The position numbers and the translations under genes were made by a program. A model generated the notes under the pieces. It saw nothing but the letters and a program-made list of their open reading frames with translations. It was not told where the DNA came from and did no database searches. Source: Amoebidium appalachense (lineage: Eukaryota; Protista; Ichthyosporea). Taken from it: a DNA stretch of 64,000 nucleotides. Every line of letters begins with the position of its first letter. Positions within the stretch are counted from its first letter, which is position 1. The stretch spans positions 5,227,921 to 5,291,920 of the forward strand of contig CAVNZM010000011.1 of assembly GCA_963693365.1 (NCBI GenBank). Direction: 5' to 3'. Shown here one piece after another: positions 51,715 through 64,000 of the stretch.

Positions 51715-52234
51715 ATGGCTACCCTCACGGTTGTTGACCAGATTTACGATGCAGCCAACGAGCTGGACAAGGAAGTTGGCAAGGTAAAGAATCTTTGCTA
51801 AATGCACGTGTCTTAGACTAACAGTGTTCTGGAGCGCATTTTATCTCCTACTTTATTGGTTCCGAGTAAATTCTCACTGTGCATGAAGGGTAGTGGTGTA
51901 TGATTGGTTTGAGTTGTTGGTGGTGGTGGTGAGGGGGGGGGGGGGGGGGGGGAGGGGGGATTCAGGTGACTTTGGTCCGCTGGTTTGAGGACCTCTTCTT
52001 AATGGCGCTAAATTGAAGAAGAAGAAATGAAAACAAGTTGAGATGGTACTTTGTAGGGAGGGGGAGCTGGGAGCTGTGTCGGGAAAGAGGGGTTGGAACT
52101 GGGCAGCGACGGAGGTTGCTTAAGAGACACGTGTGCTATTTGCGGGACCGGGATCTGCCGGGTTGGCTTTGGGTCCCTGGGGATGCCAATAGGGGAGGGT
52201 CCCTGATGATGCCAAAAAAGGCAGGGGGAAGGGA

Positions 52235-52266
<32 letters not shown>

Positions 52267-52405
52267 GGATACTGCCGAAAGATCACTTCTTGGCAGCAAC
52301 ATACGTAGGGGGATCTGGAGATGAGGGAGGATATGGTCAGGTGCAGCATTTCGGGGGCATTTTTTTATATTTTATTTTTCTTTTTTTTTTTTTTTTGCGG
52401 GGGAA

Positions 52406-52446
<41 letters not shown>

Positions 52447-52875
52447 TACACTTGCCAAGATAGAAGCAATTCTTGGGCACATGTAACGGGGAATGCAGTT
52501 GGGGGACAGAGGAAAAGGGAAAGAGGGGGGGGGGGGGGGGGGGGAGGGGGAGAGATATTTCCGTGGTAGTAACAATTGTGGGGCACATGGAACTATGAAT
52601 GCAAAGCTAGATATCATATTTCCACAAACTTTTTTTTGTTTTTAGCTCACTGAAACTATGAATGCAGAAGCCAGAGGCGTTCCAGCGGCTCCTTGGTTTC
52701 AGCTCAGCCAGCGACCAGGCCAAGCAGCTGTGTGCCCAGATCATCCCCAAGCACTTCAAGAACTACCCCGACCTGCAGGAGAGCGCACTGGATGCCATTG
52801 TAGATATGTGTGAGACTGATAACCCCCAGGTGTGTGGGTGGGTGGGTGGGTGTGTAAGGGGGGAGGGTTGGGGAA

Positions 52876-52907
<32 letters not shown>

Positions 52908-52932
52908 GGAGGGAGAGGGATGGAGATGGGGG

Positions 52933-52985
<53 letters not shown>

Positions 52986-54350
52986 CTATATCTCTCTCTG
53001 TCTCTCTTTCACTATGCCGCATTTCTTGCCTCCTCGTCGCTCTATTGATCCCTTCCTTCGTTTCCGTTCCTCTCAGTTTCTCCTCTGTCTTTCTCTCCAG
53101 CCTACCTCTTGACCCCCTCTCCCCCCCCCCCCCCCCCCCCCCCCCCCCCGTCCACCCACCCACCCCCCACCCCCCTCTCTCTCTCTCACTCCCTCTTCCT
53201 CCCTCGCTCTCTCCCTCGTTCCCTCCCTCCCTCCCTTCCTCCCTCACACACACACTCTCTCTCTCTCCCTCACCCTCCCTCCCTCCCTCCCTCCCTCCCT
53301 CCCTCCCTCCCTCTCTCTCTCTCTCTTTCTCTCATGGAAGGGTTTCCAGCCAGGTTGGGGTGGCTGGTGTGTGTGTGTGTTATGTATGCCCCGGGGGAAG
53401 GGGGGGGGGGGGGGGGGGAGGAGAGGGGGGGAGGGGGGGGGGGGCTGAACATGAGTTTAATTTAGAACGTGGTAATGTGGTGAGACCAAAGCATTGAGAA
53501 ACATAGACACACAATAGCTAAGTGTGTTTGTGTTGCACGTGGCAGGTGCGCAAGGCAGCCATCAATGCCATGCCGGAGCTGTGTCGGCAGGTGCCCATGT
53601 TCCAGGTGAAGGTCTGCGACATCCTCACACAGCTGCTGCAGACTGGTGCGTCTGCCCTGCTTGCTTTAAGCCTGTATTAAAGATGCGCCACGGCTGCCTT
53701 TTGGCAGCATCCATAAAGAATTTTGCATCTTGCTATCAAGGGGGATGGTCCGTTTTTCTTCTTTCTTCCCCTTTATTTGGAAATGGGGGGAGGGGGTGGG
53801 GAGTTCTTTGTTGGTTTCGTTTTGCAATGGGTGAAGGAAGGGGCGAGTGCGCTGGGGGGAGGAGAGGGGGGGGGGGGGGGGGGGGACTGGGATAGATATG
53901 TAGCTTTAAGTTAAGTCACGGATGGTGGTACAGTCTGGGAGCTGCAAAGCTTACATGTGGTACATGGGACAGAGGGAGACGAGATGGAGCAGGTGAAAAA
54001 GGCCATTCACAAATTGATAGACATAAACCTGCCAGGTATCCCCACCCCCCCCCCCCCCCCCCCCCCTCCCCCCCCCCTCCCCCCCTCTCCCCTCCCCCTG
54101 CCCTCCCAACCCCCCAACCCCCCAACCCCCCAACCCCCTCCCCCGGCACCATCACCACCACCACCACCCCGCACCACCACCATCACCAAAACAGAAGACG
54201 AAGAAGAAGAAGAAGAAAGAAAGAAAGACTGGGAGAAAAATCACACACACACATTCACACACACACACACTCCCTCCCTCCCTCCGTCCCCCTCTCTTTC
54301 TATCTCACTCTCGAGATCTCTCTCTCGAGATCTCTCATGATCTCTCTCTC

Positions 54351-54412
<62 letters not shown>

Positions 54413-54493
54413 TCTAATGCACACCACATACACACACACACACTCACTCACTCACTCCCCCCGCCGCACACATACACACACATACACACGCAC

Positions 54494-54564
<71 letters not shown>

Positions 54565-54597
54565 TCAGTCACACACACCCCTCCTTCGCTCCTTCCC

Positions 54598-54628
<31 letters not shown>

Positions 54629-54874
54629 ACACACATTTAGTGACACCCCCCCCCCACACACACACACACACATACACACACATTGTCACAAATCCCCCCT
54701 CCCCTCCCAAGACACTTACACGCGCACACACTCACTCTCACACACACTCTCTCTCACACACACACACTCACTCACTCACTCACACTCTCACTCACAAACA
54801 CACCCACTCACCCCCCCCCCCTCCCGACCCCTCCTCCTCCGCCTCCCCCAAAACACACACACACACCACACACA

Positions 54875-54905
<31 letters not shown>

Positions 54906-55104
54906 CAAACCACAACACAGCTGCAATCAGTGGGCTGTTTGTTCAGGTGACCAGTGGAGAGGTCACACTACGTGAGAAGGCCATGGGGTTTGTGTCTGCC
55001 GAGCTCATGGACAAGCACAGGGCAAAGATCATTGGCAACCCACAGGCTGAGGATGCACTGCAGAAGGAGGTGGTCAAGGTACGTGTGTATGTGTATGTGT
55101 GTGT

Positions 55105-55136
<32 letters not shown>

Positions 55137-55350
55137 GAGGGGGTGGGGGTTGTGTGGGTGGGTGGGTGGGGAGGGGGGGGGAGGGGGCGGGGGAGGATTT
55201 TGGTGGGTGGGTGGATGGATGGGTGTGTGTGGATGGATGGGCGGGGGGAGAAGGGATGTTTTTGGGTGGGTGGATGGATGATTGGGTGGGTGGGGGGATG
55301 TGCAATGTGGGTGGTGGGCGGGTAGGTGTGGATAGATGTGTGTAGGGCGG

Positions 55351-55407
<57 letters not shown>

Positions 55408-56293
55408 TGTGTATGTGGATGGGTGAATGTGTATGTATTCCCCCATCTATCATCCGTTTGGTTAAAATTATATGGAAAGGTCTATGTGAGGAGAAGTGTC
55501 GGCAGCCGGGAATAAGGGACGGACAAAGGAGGACGGTTTATTTGCTATTTGGGTTAATCGTTTGTGGATGGCCGTTTTTTTTCATGTTTGCCTGTTGTCC
55601 GTCAGTGTATATTCACGCACGTCTGCGTGTGTGCAAGCCGGCTCGCACACGTACATACAGACATCCGTGCATGTGCGCGAGTGGGTGCATACGTGTGTAG
55701 GTGTGTGTGGGTTTGTTTTTGTTTTTTTGAGGGAGTGGTGAATGGGGAAACTGAAAAGGATGCAATGTGTAGGCGCTGGAGACGGCAGTAGGAGGGGAGG
55801 TAGAGCTTCTTGTGGAGATGCTTGGGCAGCTGGACAAGTTCAAGGGGCCACGCCGCAGGCAGCTGGCAAACTATGTTGTTGCTCCACTGCAAGGCGACCA
55901 GGCTGAATTTGCAGTATGTTCCACCCCTGGCACAGGAACCCTCCCATAACCCCTTGCACATAACCCCCATAGCCTCTTGCACACCCTAATCACCCCTTGC
56001 ACATTCTCCCACGTGGCCTGTTTCTCCCCCTCCCCCCTCCTCCCCCTCCCCCCTCCCCCCCCCCCCCCCCCCCCCCCCCACCAAAACACCCACCCACCCA
56101 CCCACCCCACCACCACCATAACCACCACAACCACCACAACCACAACCACAACTGCCACCACCACGGCCACCACCACCACCACCTTATATGACCCCATGCA
56201 CACAGCCCCTTGTTACATATAAGCACTTGAACCAACCCACCACATGCACCCGACACCCCATTCATGTGTACACACACGAACACACAACACAAG

Positions 56294-56350
<57 letters not shown>

Positions 56351-56460
56351 CACACACATACACACAACACAGTATACATGCACACACATGCATGCATACG
56401 TGTGCATACACACACTCACTCACACTCACTCAACACACACACACACACACGTACTCAAAG

Positions 56461-56553
<93 letters not shown>

Positions 56554-58216
56554 AGCCAGCGGACGAAGACAGCCGAGCATGCTACAAGGCAGTGGTCAAA
56601 CTGGCACGCAACTACTCAAAGGTATTTGCAGCATTGTACCTCCTTATCGCAGAATCACGTACCTCTGACGTGTGGATGCCGTTTGTGGCTTTGCCTTTGC
56701 TTAACATGCACATTTTTGTTAATATTGATATTTATATTATTGTTATTATAGTTATTTTTATAAATAGTGGGGGGAATTCAAGGTCATTTCTTGCAGTGTA
56801 CAGTGTTTCACTGTGTGCCCTCGAACTCCATTTATAACTGGTTGCATACATCTTAACCCTTGCCCCTCATCATTATCTAACATCGGTTGTCCCATCATTC
56901 TAAAATTTTGCATCCATTTTTTCCAGATACATACTCGCATGATCACGATCCGTGCTCCTTTTTTCAATCCCACAGAATGGACCCATACATCTGCTAGACC
57001 GCTTATTACCAATATGTTCATATGCCTCCCAGCAACCCTCACTGATACTCACATGATATCCATACATTATCCGGCATAAGAACGATAGAATGCTTGTACC
57101 TGTGCATCTACTTATCATATTAATACTTCGATATAAGTATGTGTTTCAGGCTAGTTCTTGCTTACACTCACTTATTCCCCACCCCGTTTTTTAACACCCC
57201 GGCTCGTACCTCTGCTATAACGCTCGTTTCTGATGTGCTATGTGTTTCTCATCAACTCTCACCGATACTCGCATTATATCCATACAATCCCCGGCATAAC
57301 AACCACAGGACTCATGTGCTTGTGCATCTACTTATGTATTATATCAAGACTCCGACATATTCATGTGCTTCAAACCAATTTTTTACACACACACAACCAA
57401 TTCTCGGTTTTACTCACTAATAAGTTGTTTCTTTTAGGCCAATGTATGGGTCCTTTCGGGTCAGGCCAAACCTCTGTTTGAAGCGCATATCCCCAATCAC
57501 AAATCGTTAATAGATTTCAGGTCTTACCCGACCCATATTCCTTAATTAATAAAGAATATTCCTCTAATCCCCATCCCTGTTAAATTCCATAGGTTGGACT
57601 CGTACCTCGCTTGAACGCTCATATCCGACTAATTCACGTGTTTTTCATTGATGCTCACCCTTTCCCACATGATATCCATACACATGTGTTTTCAACCACC
57701 GCTCGTTTATACTCATTTTATCCCCATCCCTTTGGTTTTAACCCACTCATAATGGGCTCGTAAACCAACTCTCGTTTATACTCATTTAACCCCATCCCAT
57801 TTTTTTTAATCCACGCATAATGGGCCCGTAAACCAACTCTCATTTATTAATCCTTTAACCCCATACAGGATGGGCCCGTGCCTCTCCTAGCCACATACAC
57901 CTACAGCAAGGTTCTGTCCTCACTGGCCCAGGTTCCATCTGAACACCTTCAGGATGTTGCTCTGTGTGCTGCAGAGGTGGTGGCCAGAGGCCCACCAGAG
58001 GATGGTTTGAATACCCTACTGCCTAAGGTCTACAAGACTCTCATGGTATGTGGAAAGATGCAAAGAAGAAGGAGGGAGGGGGGGAGAGGGGGAGAGGGGG
58101 AGAGGGGGAGGGAGGGGAGGGGGATCGGGGACTGCGGGTGGATGGAGGGAGGTAAGAGATTGTGGTGTTTGGATCATTATGTGTGGGGTTTGGGGGTGGA
58201 GGAGGGAGATGGGGAT

Positions 58217-58250
<34 letters not shown>

Positions 58251-59970
58251 GGGGGGGGGATGGGGGGATGGGTGAGGGTTGAGGAGGAAAAGGATGGTAG
58301 GAGAGGGAGGGGGGGGGGGGGGGGGGGGGGGATTGGGGACTGACGATGGATGGAGGGAGGTCAAAGATTGCGGTGTTTGGATCATCATGAGCGAAGCGGG
58401 GTTAGAGGGGTGTTTTTGGGCGGGGGAGGGAGGGGGGGGGGGATGGGTGAGGGTTGAGGAGGAAAAGGATGGTAGGAGAGGGAGAAGGGGGGGGGGGGGG
58501 GGGGGGGAGGGGGGGGGGAGGGGGGGTGGGGGGGGGGGGAGGGGGGATGTCCACAGATGAGCAAGAAGGTGGGAGTGAGGGAGGTAGGGGGGGGGGGGGG
58601 TAGGAAGGTGGGGGGGGGGGGGGGGGGGGGGGGGGAAGGGCAGGGAGGATATGAGATCATGTGGCACACACGTTTAGTGACACATGATCGGTGTTTTCAT
58701 GTGCAGGATTGGCTGCCACAGGCACCAGAGGAGGGGCAGGATCAGGCCAGCATCAACTACACCACAGCAGAGGCCCTGCTGTTCATCTTCCACACGCTGG
58801 CCGCACAGGTATAATGCCTACTTTAAATTTAATGCTTGCTCGTCGTTGGTTGCTGTGAGCACAGGTCCTGCTGTATATCTTGCACACATTGGCCGTGCAG
58901 TAATAATATTATGCCCACTTTATATTTTAACTCTTGCTCGTGATTGGTTGCTATGAGCACACGTCCTGCTGTTCATATCCACACACTGGGCGCACAAATA
59001 TGTATGCCCACTTTATAGTTTAATGCTCGTTCGCGGTTGGCTGCCGTGCGCTCCCTGTAAATTTGGCACCGTTTTCTACCACAAAACACAGAAAGTGAAC
59101 GGACTGCACTGTTGTGTGGTTTCAAGGTCTGTGCCGGCATCTAGGGGTGTGGTGTCAATATGGCGTCATTCTGTGTCATATTGATGTCAGAACACATGAT
59201 TCGATTTGCTTTTATTTGGGCTGATCGGTTTTTTTAAAAAAAAAGAAAAAAAAGAAAATTATGTGATGGCCACATAAAGGGACTTGCGGTATATACGGTG
59301 GCACAGACGGGCCTACAGCTTAGCAAGTTGTTGACGTTAGTGTGTGTATCCTGCAACAACTAAAGGTGTTTTCTGTTGCCGTTGTCATCACGCTGCCTGG
59401 CTTTACACGAACGTTGGTTTAAAAATGGCAGTGACTGATATTGGTGATGGGGTACAGAACAAAGAGTTCTTATCGGCAGAGGGGGAGGGTCAAGAAAGAG
59501 CAGCCGCTTTGAGGCAAAGGTACTTTCTTTTTTTTGCCTCTGTGTTTGTAAGAATTCTCCCGGTCCCTGCCGCAACGTATGTCGGTGTGAGATTTCACTG
59601 CAAGTGTGCTCATTCGATACCTGCACCTTTCTGTGCCAAAATGCAGCTGTGCTGCCTTGCACTGTGTATTAATACTAGAACCATGTACCCGGTGTTCTGC
59701 GTTCGTGATTTTGAAATCATTTTCTGTGAACTTGAAATCCTTTTTTCATGATTTTGAAATCCCTTCTCTCTTGCAGTCTTGCTGCATATCGGCTTCGATT
59801 TCACAAGTCAGCTTTCTCTGAAATTTATGTTTCCCTTTTTGCACACGTTCTACTGCCTACTACCATACACCCGACCCTCACACCCGATCCTTCTTTACCT
59901 CTCGGTGTGCTCACCTTACCCCGCCCCCCCTTCCCTCCCTTGCCCCCCTTTCAAAACACAAATACAAAAG

Positions 59971-60064
<94 letters not shown>

Positions 60065-60905
60065 TGACGTATTTGGGCACACGGTCCAACAGCGAGTCGG
60101 CAATATTCAACCAACGCATGGCTAAAGAGAAGGACAAGGAGGTGGGTTTTATGCGTGTTTTTGTTTTTGTTTTTCCTGTTTTGGTTTGCTTTTTTTTGGG
60201 GGGGGGAGGGGGGGGGGGGGGAGGGGGAGGGGGAGGGGGGAGGGGGGGGGGGGGGAGGGGAGGATTCTGAATGCTTGCTGGTTTTTTTTTATTCTCTGCA
60301 GACCATAGCCCTACACCAAATCCATCAGCTATATATCTGTGCGTGTGTGTGTGTGCGCGCGCGTGCGTCCGTGTGCGTCCGTGTGCGTGCGTGCGTGTCG
60401 ATGTTTGGGATGCTTTACTGGACAATACAGGTTTGTGCAGCACAAATATGTAAACCTTGCTGTTCCTCCTTTAAGTTGCCTACCATGAGAGATGATATTA
60501 AAAAAGATGTTTGCTGCCTGAAAACCTTAACTAAAATTTAATGTAGTCAATCCATATCCCTACTCTTTTAGTAGTTTAATGAAATTTTATTGGGGTGATG
60601 CCTGGGCTGCCACCGGTTGCCGTAAGGGCAATATCGGCGAGAGGGGGGCAAAGAAAGAAAACGAAAAAGAAAAACGGAGGGGAATAGGGGTTGTGAATAC
60701 TCGAATCATATTCTGACATGTGCCTTTTTTTTCTTGCATGCAACAGAAGCTTAAGACGTTGGAGCTGGGCAAGCGAACAACCTCGAACGTGGTGGAAATC
60801 GTCAGGGTGAGTGTGTGTGCACACGTGTGTATGCCTGCATTGTCTGTGCGTGTGAAGAGGTGTGGGGGGGGAGGGGGGCGGAAACGTGCGAGGAGAAGGG
60901 AGGGG

Positions 60906-60937
<32 letters not shown>

Positions 60938-62262
60938 GGAAGGCTTTTACATGGATCAATATATACAAGCTTGTTTTTGCCCACCTAATGGTTTTCATGG
61001 ATCACCTGCATATGGATATTTAAGTTTTTTGCCCACCTATTTTCATGTATCGCTGGCATATGGATATTTATGGTTTTGCCCACCTATTGATTTTCTGCAT
61101 ATGGATATTTATGTTTTTGCCCACCTTTGATTTCCTGCATATGGATTTTATGTTTTTTCCCACCTATTGATTTTCTGCATATGGATATTTATTTTTTTGC
61201 CCACCTTTGATTTCCTGCATATGGAGATTTAATTTTTTGCTCACCTTTGATTTCTGCATATGGATATTTATTTTTTGCCCACCTATTGATTTCCTGCATA
61301 TGGATATTTATGTTTTTGCCCACCTTTTAAATTTCCTGCATATGGGTTTTTATGTTTTTGCCCACCTTTTAAATTTCCTGCATATGGGTTTTCATGTCTT
61401 TGCCCATTTTTTAAATTTCCTGCATATGGATTTTATGTTTTTGCCCACCCATTGATTTCCTGGTACCAGGCATGGATGTTTGTCTATAGTTTTGCCCGCG
61501 CATTAATTATAAATGTATTGCAGGACCTTGTGCGCAACACTGGGCCCACTTACAAAACCCCCAAGCCATCGTGGCTGTCCACCGCCACAGCACAGCCCCC
61601 AAAGACACCACAGACCCCCCAGACAAAGCCGGCAAATACACCAACCCAGCAGAGGTATGCATACATTAGAAGGGGGGGGGGGGGATGGTTCTGCCTATCT
61701 GCTATGTTAAAAAGGTGTGTCTGTTTTGTTGTGCTTTTGTTTCTTTGTTTTTTGCTTGTTTGTATGTTTGTTTGGTTTGCTCCACTAGTGCATGTGGGCA
61801 AGCGGAAGCAAGGGTTTCTAATATGCAAAAAACGGTGGTGGTCGAGGGTCAGTCCCCAGGCGAAGGGGGAACGGGGAGGAATTGGGGGGGGGGGGGGGGG
61901 GGGGGAGGGGGGGGGGGGGGGGGGGGGTCTTCACCCACGCCGTGTAGTTCAATTTTAATCATTGATTTCCTCTAATCACTTGCAATTTCGTTTGCAGGTC
62001 CGGGGGAGGGAAACGGCCAGCAGAGACCAAATCTAGCGACCAGCCCACCAAGCGGCCCGTGGGTTCCGTATACCAACCACCACAGGGCAAATACAGCGCA
62101 AATATCGGCATCACCGAGAAAAAGGAGAAAAATAATGGGGGTCAAAAGGGGGGTCAGAGAGGGGGGAAGGGTGGGCAGAGGGGTGGGAGAGGCGGACAGA
62201 GGGGTGGGAGGGGTGGTGGTGGGAATGCGGGTGGGCGTGGGGATCATGACATTAGGTGGTAG
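51715..62262 (+). CDS. API5: Apoptosis inhibitor 5 (API5/AAC-11) homolog, about 15 exons
   Basis: Exons 51715-51783 (MATLTVVDQIYDAANEL), 52668-52829 (AKQLCAQIIPKHFKNYPDLQESALDAIVDMCE), 53546-53645 (VRKAAINAMPELC..DILTQLLQT), 53973-54035, 54921-55078 (LREKAMGF), 55773-55913, 56556-56621, 57869-58045, 58707-58808 (INYTTAEALLFIFHTLA), 59458-59519, 60063-60141, 60747-60806, 61524-61654 (PSW), candidate 61789-61813, 61998-62262 (VYQPPQGKYS + RGG tail). Motifs match the API5 family. Confidence 0.92.
60973..61462. repeat. Minisatellite, ~39-40-bp unit, about 12 copies, in an API5 intron
   Basis: Consensus TTTTTGCCCACCT(A/T)TTGATTT(T/C)CTGCATATGGATATTTATG, with no unique spacers. Confidence 0.92.
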
Positions 62263-62493
62263 GATGAAGGGGTGTGCTTTGATGATAAAATAAAAAGTCC
62301 TAATGAACATGTGGTAGGTGTGGCTTTCTTTAAGATTGCTGTGGTTACGAACATTTTTGATAGGTTGGTGTAAGTGCTCCATACATATTTGGTTTAATGA
62401 TCTGATGAAATTGTAAGGGGGTACTATTAGAACGGTTGAGTCGAATGGCTGTGCATATGCTTTGGGCCTCTTGAACCTTTGATAAAATAATAT

Positions 62494-62802
62494 ATTGAAA
62501 TAACGTACTCCAAAATGTGTTTTCTCGTGCCCTCCGGCCCACCTAGCTACCTACCCATGCAAACACCCTCCCTCCCCTCCCTCCCCCGCCCCCCCTCCCC
62601 CTCTTCTCCCCCCTTTCAACCACCACCACCGGCACACACACACACACACACACATTGAAATAAAAGTACTCCAAAATGTGTTTTCTCGTGCCCTCCGGCC
62701 CTCCGGCCCACCTAGCTACCTACCCATGCAAACACCCTCCCTCCCCTCCCTCCCCCCCCCCCCTCCTCCCCCCTCCTCCCCCCCTTTCAACCACCACCAC
62801 CG

Positions 62803-62850
<48 letters not shown>
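62494..62850. repeat. ~160-bp tandem duplication downstream of API5
   Basis: ATTGAAATAA.GTACTCCAAAATGTGTTTTCTCGTGCCCTCCGGCCC..CAACCACCACCACCGGCACAC occurs twice. Confidence 0.85.
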
Positions 62851-62853
<3 letters not shown>

Positions 62854-63233
62854 GGTGCCCGGGGCCCATCTGGAGCCCACCCATATGCATGGTGCCCTAG
62901 TACGTAGTTCTGGTGGCACCTTGTATGACATCAATGAAACGAGTCGTGATAAGCTGTGATAAGCTAGCGCTATCATGATGACCGCATATCATGCACGGGC
63001 TCTGCCGTGACACATTCCCACCTCACTACACGCTGCACCATTCGAATACTGTTTCACCATCGACATCAACGTCGACTTCTCAACACGGACGATTTTATCC
63101 TGCCCCCCCCCCCCCCCCACCCACCCACCCACCCATCCCCTCCCGGCCCACCACCACCACTCTCACTATCACCACCACGTAACCGGTACCACCTTTTTTT
63201 TTTTTTTTTTGGGCTCCTACCAAGATCACAGTC

Positions 63234-63290
<57 letters not shown>

Positions 63291-63387
63291 AGGCTCCCCC
63301 CCTCCCCTGAGGCTCCCCCCTCCCCCCCCCCCCTGAGCCCCCCCCCCCCCCTCTCCCCTCCCCCACGGCCATCTAGCCTAGCTGTGT

Positions 63388-63433
<46 letters not shown>

Positions 63434-63798
63434 CCCCCCTCCTTCCCCCGTTCCCCCCCCCCCCCTTCCTCCTCCTCCTCCGGTACCTCCCTCCTTGCCC
63501 GCGGCCCAGGTCTCTCGGTAGATCTGAGTTGTCATGCTTAATTAATTATAATTAACTCGTTTGTATCCGATAGATCTGTCTCTCTGCCATGGGCCTATAT
63601 GGTGTTTTTTTTTAACCCGGCTATAGCTACTGTAGGCTTATAATTGTCGTTAACATTTGGGTGTTTCTGGGCTGCTTCTGCTTTGCCTGATCTTGCATTT
63701 GAAAGAAGCTGGCTCAGTGGCGCGAGGAGATCATGATCGCTGAGCTGTTCCGAAGTTGAACTTTCAAGAGGAGGAGGAGAAGGAGGACAGGGGGAGGG

Positions 63799-63844
<46 letters not shown>

Positions 63845-63933
63845 GGGGGGGGGGGGGGGGGGGGGGACGACCAGCATAAGAAAACTTCATGCGGATGGTG
63901 GAATCTTTATTCGAGATGGCAGATGAATTGAGT

Positions 63934-63976
<43 letters not shown>

Positions 63977-64000
63977 CCCCACTCCCACCCCCTCCTCCCC

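Noticed and set aside
60973-61462. CRISPR-like periodicity
   Set aside because: Contiguous units without unique spacers, in a eukaryotic intron, with no cas genes.
62850-63935. Unique islands at the right edge that might be exons of a convergent gene
   Set aside because: No consistent frame or recognisable protein could be assembled inside the window.

Overview
Intron-rich eukaryotic DNA whose introns are filled with poly-G/poly-C runs and (CA)n/(GT)n/(GA)n microsatellites, so almost all ORFs in the supplied track are low-complexity artefacts. Hand-splicing at GT..AG junctions gives four genes. (1) A large minus-strand gene from ATG 38637 that runs off the left edge: 54 exons join in phase into about 1547 codons, encoding an acidic/Gly-Met-Asn-rich N-terminus, a KRKRKR NLS-like motif, an unrecognised domain, a complete NB-ARC/STAND ATPase and then, in frame, a SelO/YdiU pseudokinase AMPylase domain with its catalytic motifs intact. 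This apparent NLR-like STAND-SelO fusion is the main finding. (2) POLD4 (DNA polymerase delta p12), minus strand. (3) A compact secreted Cys-rich/mucin-like protein ending in GY[DN]xx pentapeptide repeats, minus strand. (4) API5, plus strand. Also present: two copies of a MITE-like element bracketing the STAND half, TTAA-flanked (Kolobok-like) elements, a dispersed repeat and several local tandem duplications. All exon structures are manual predictions without transcript evidence.
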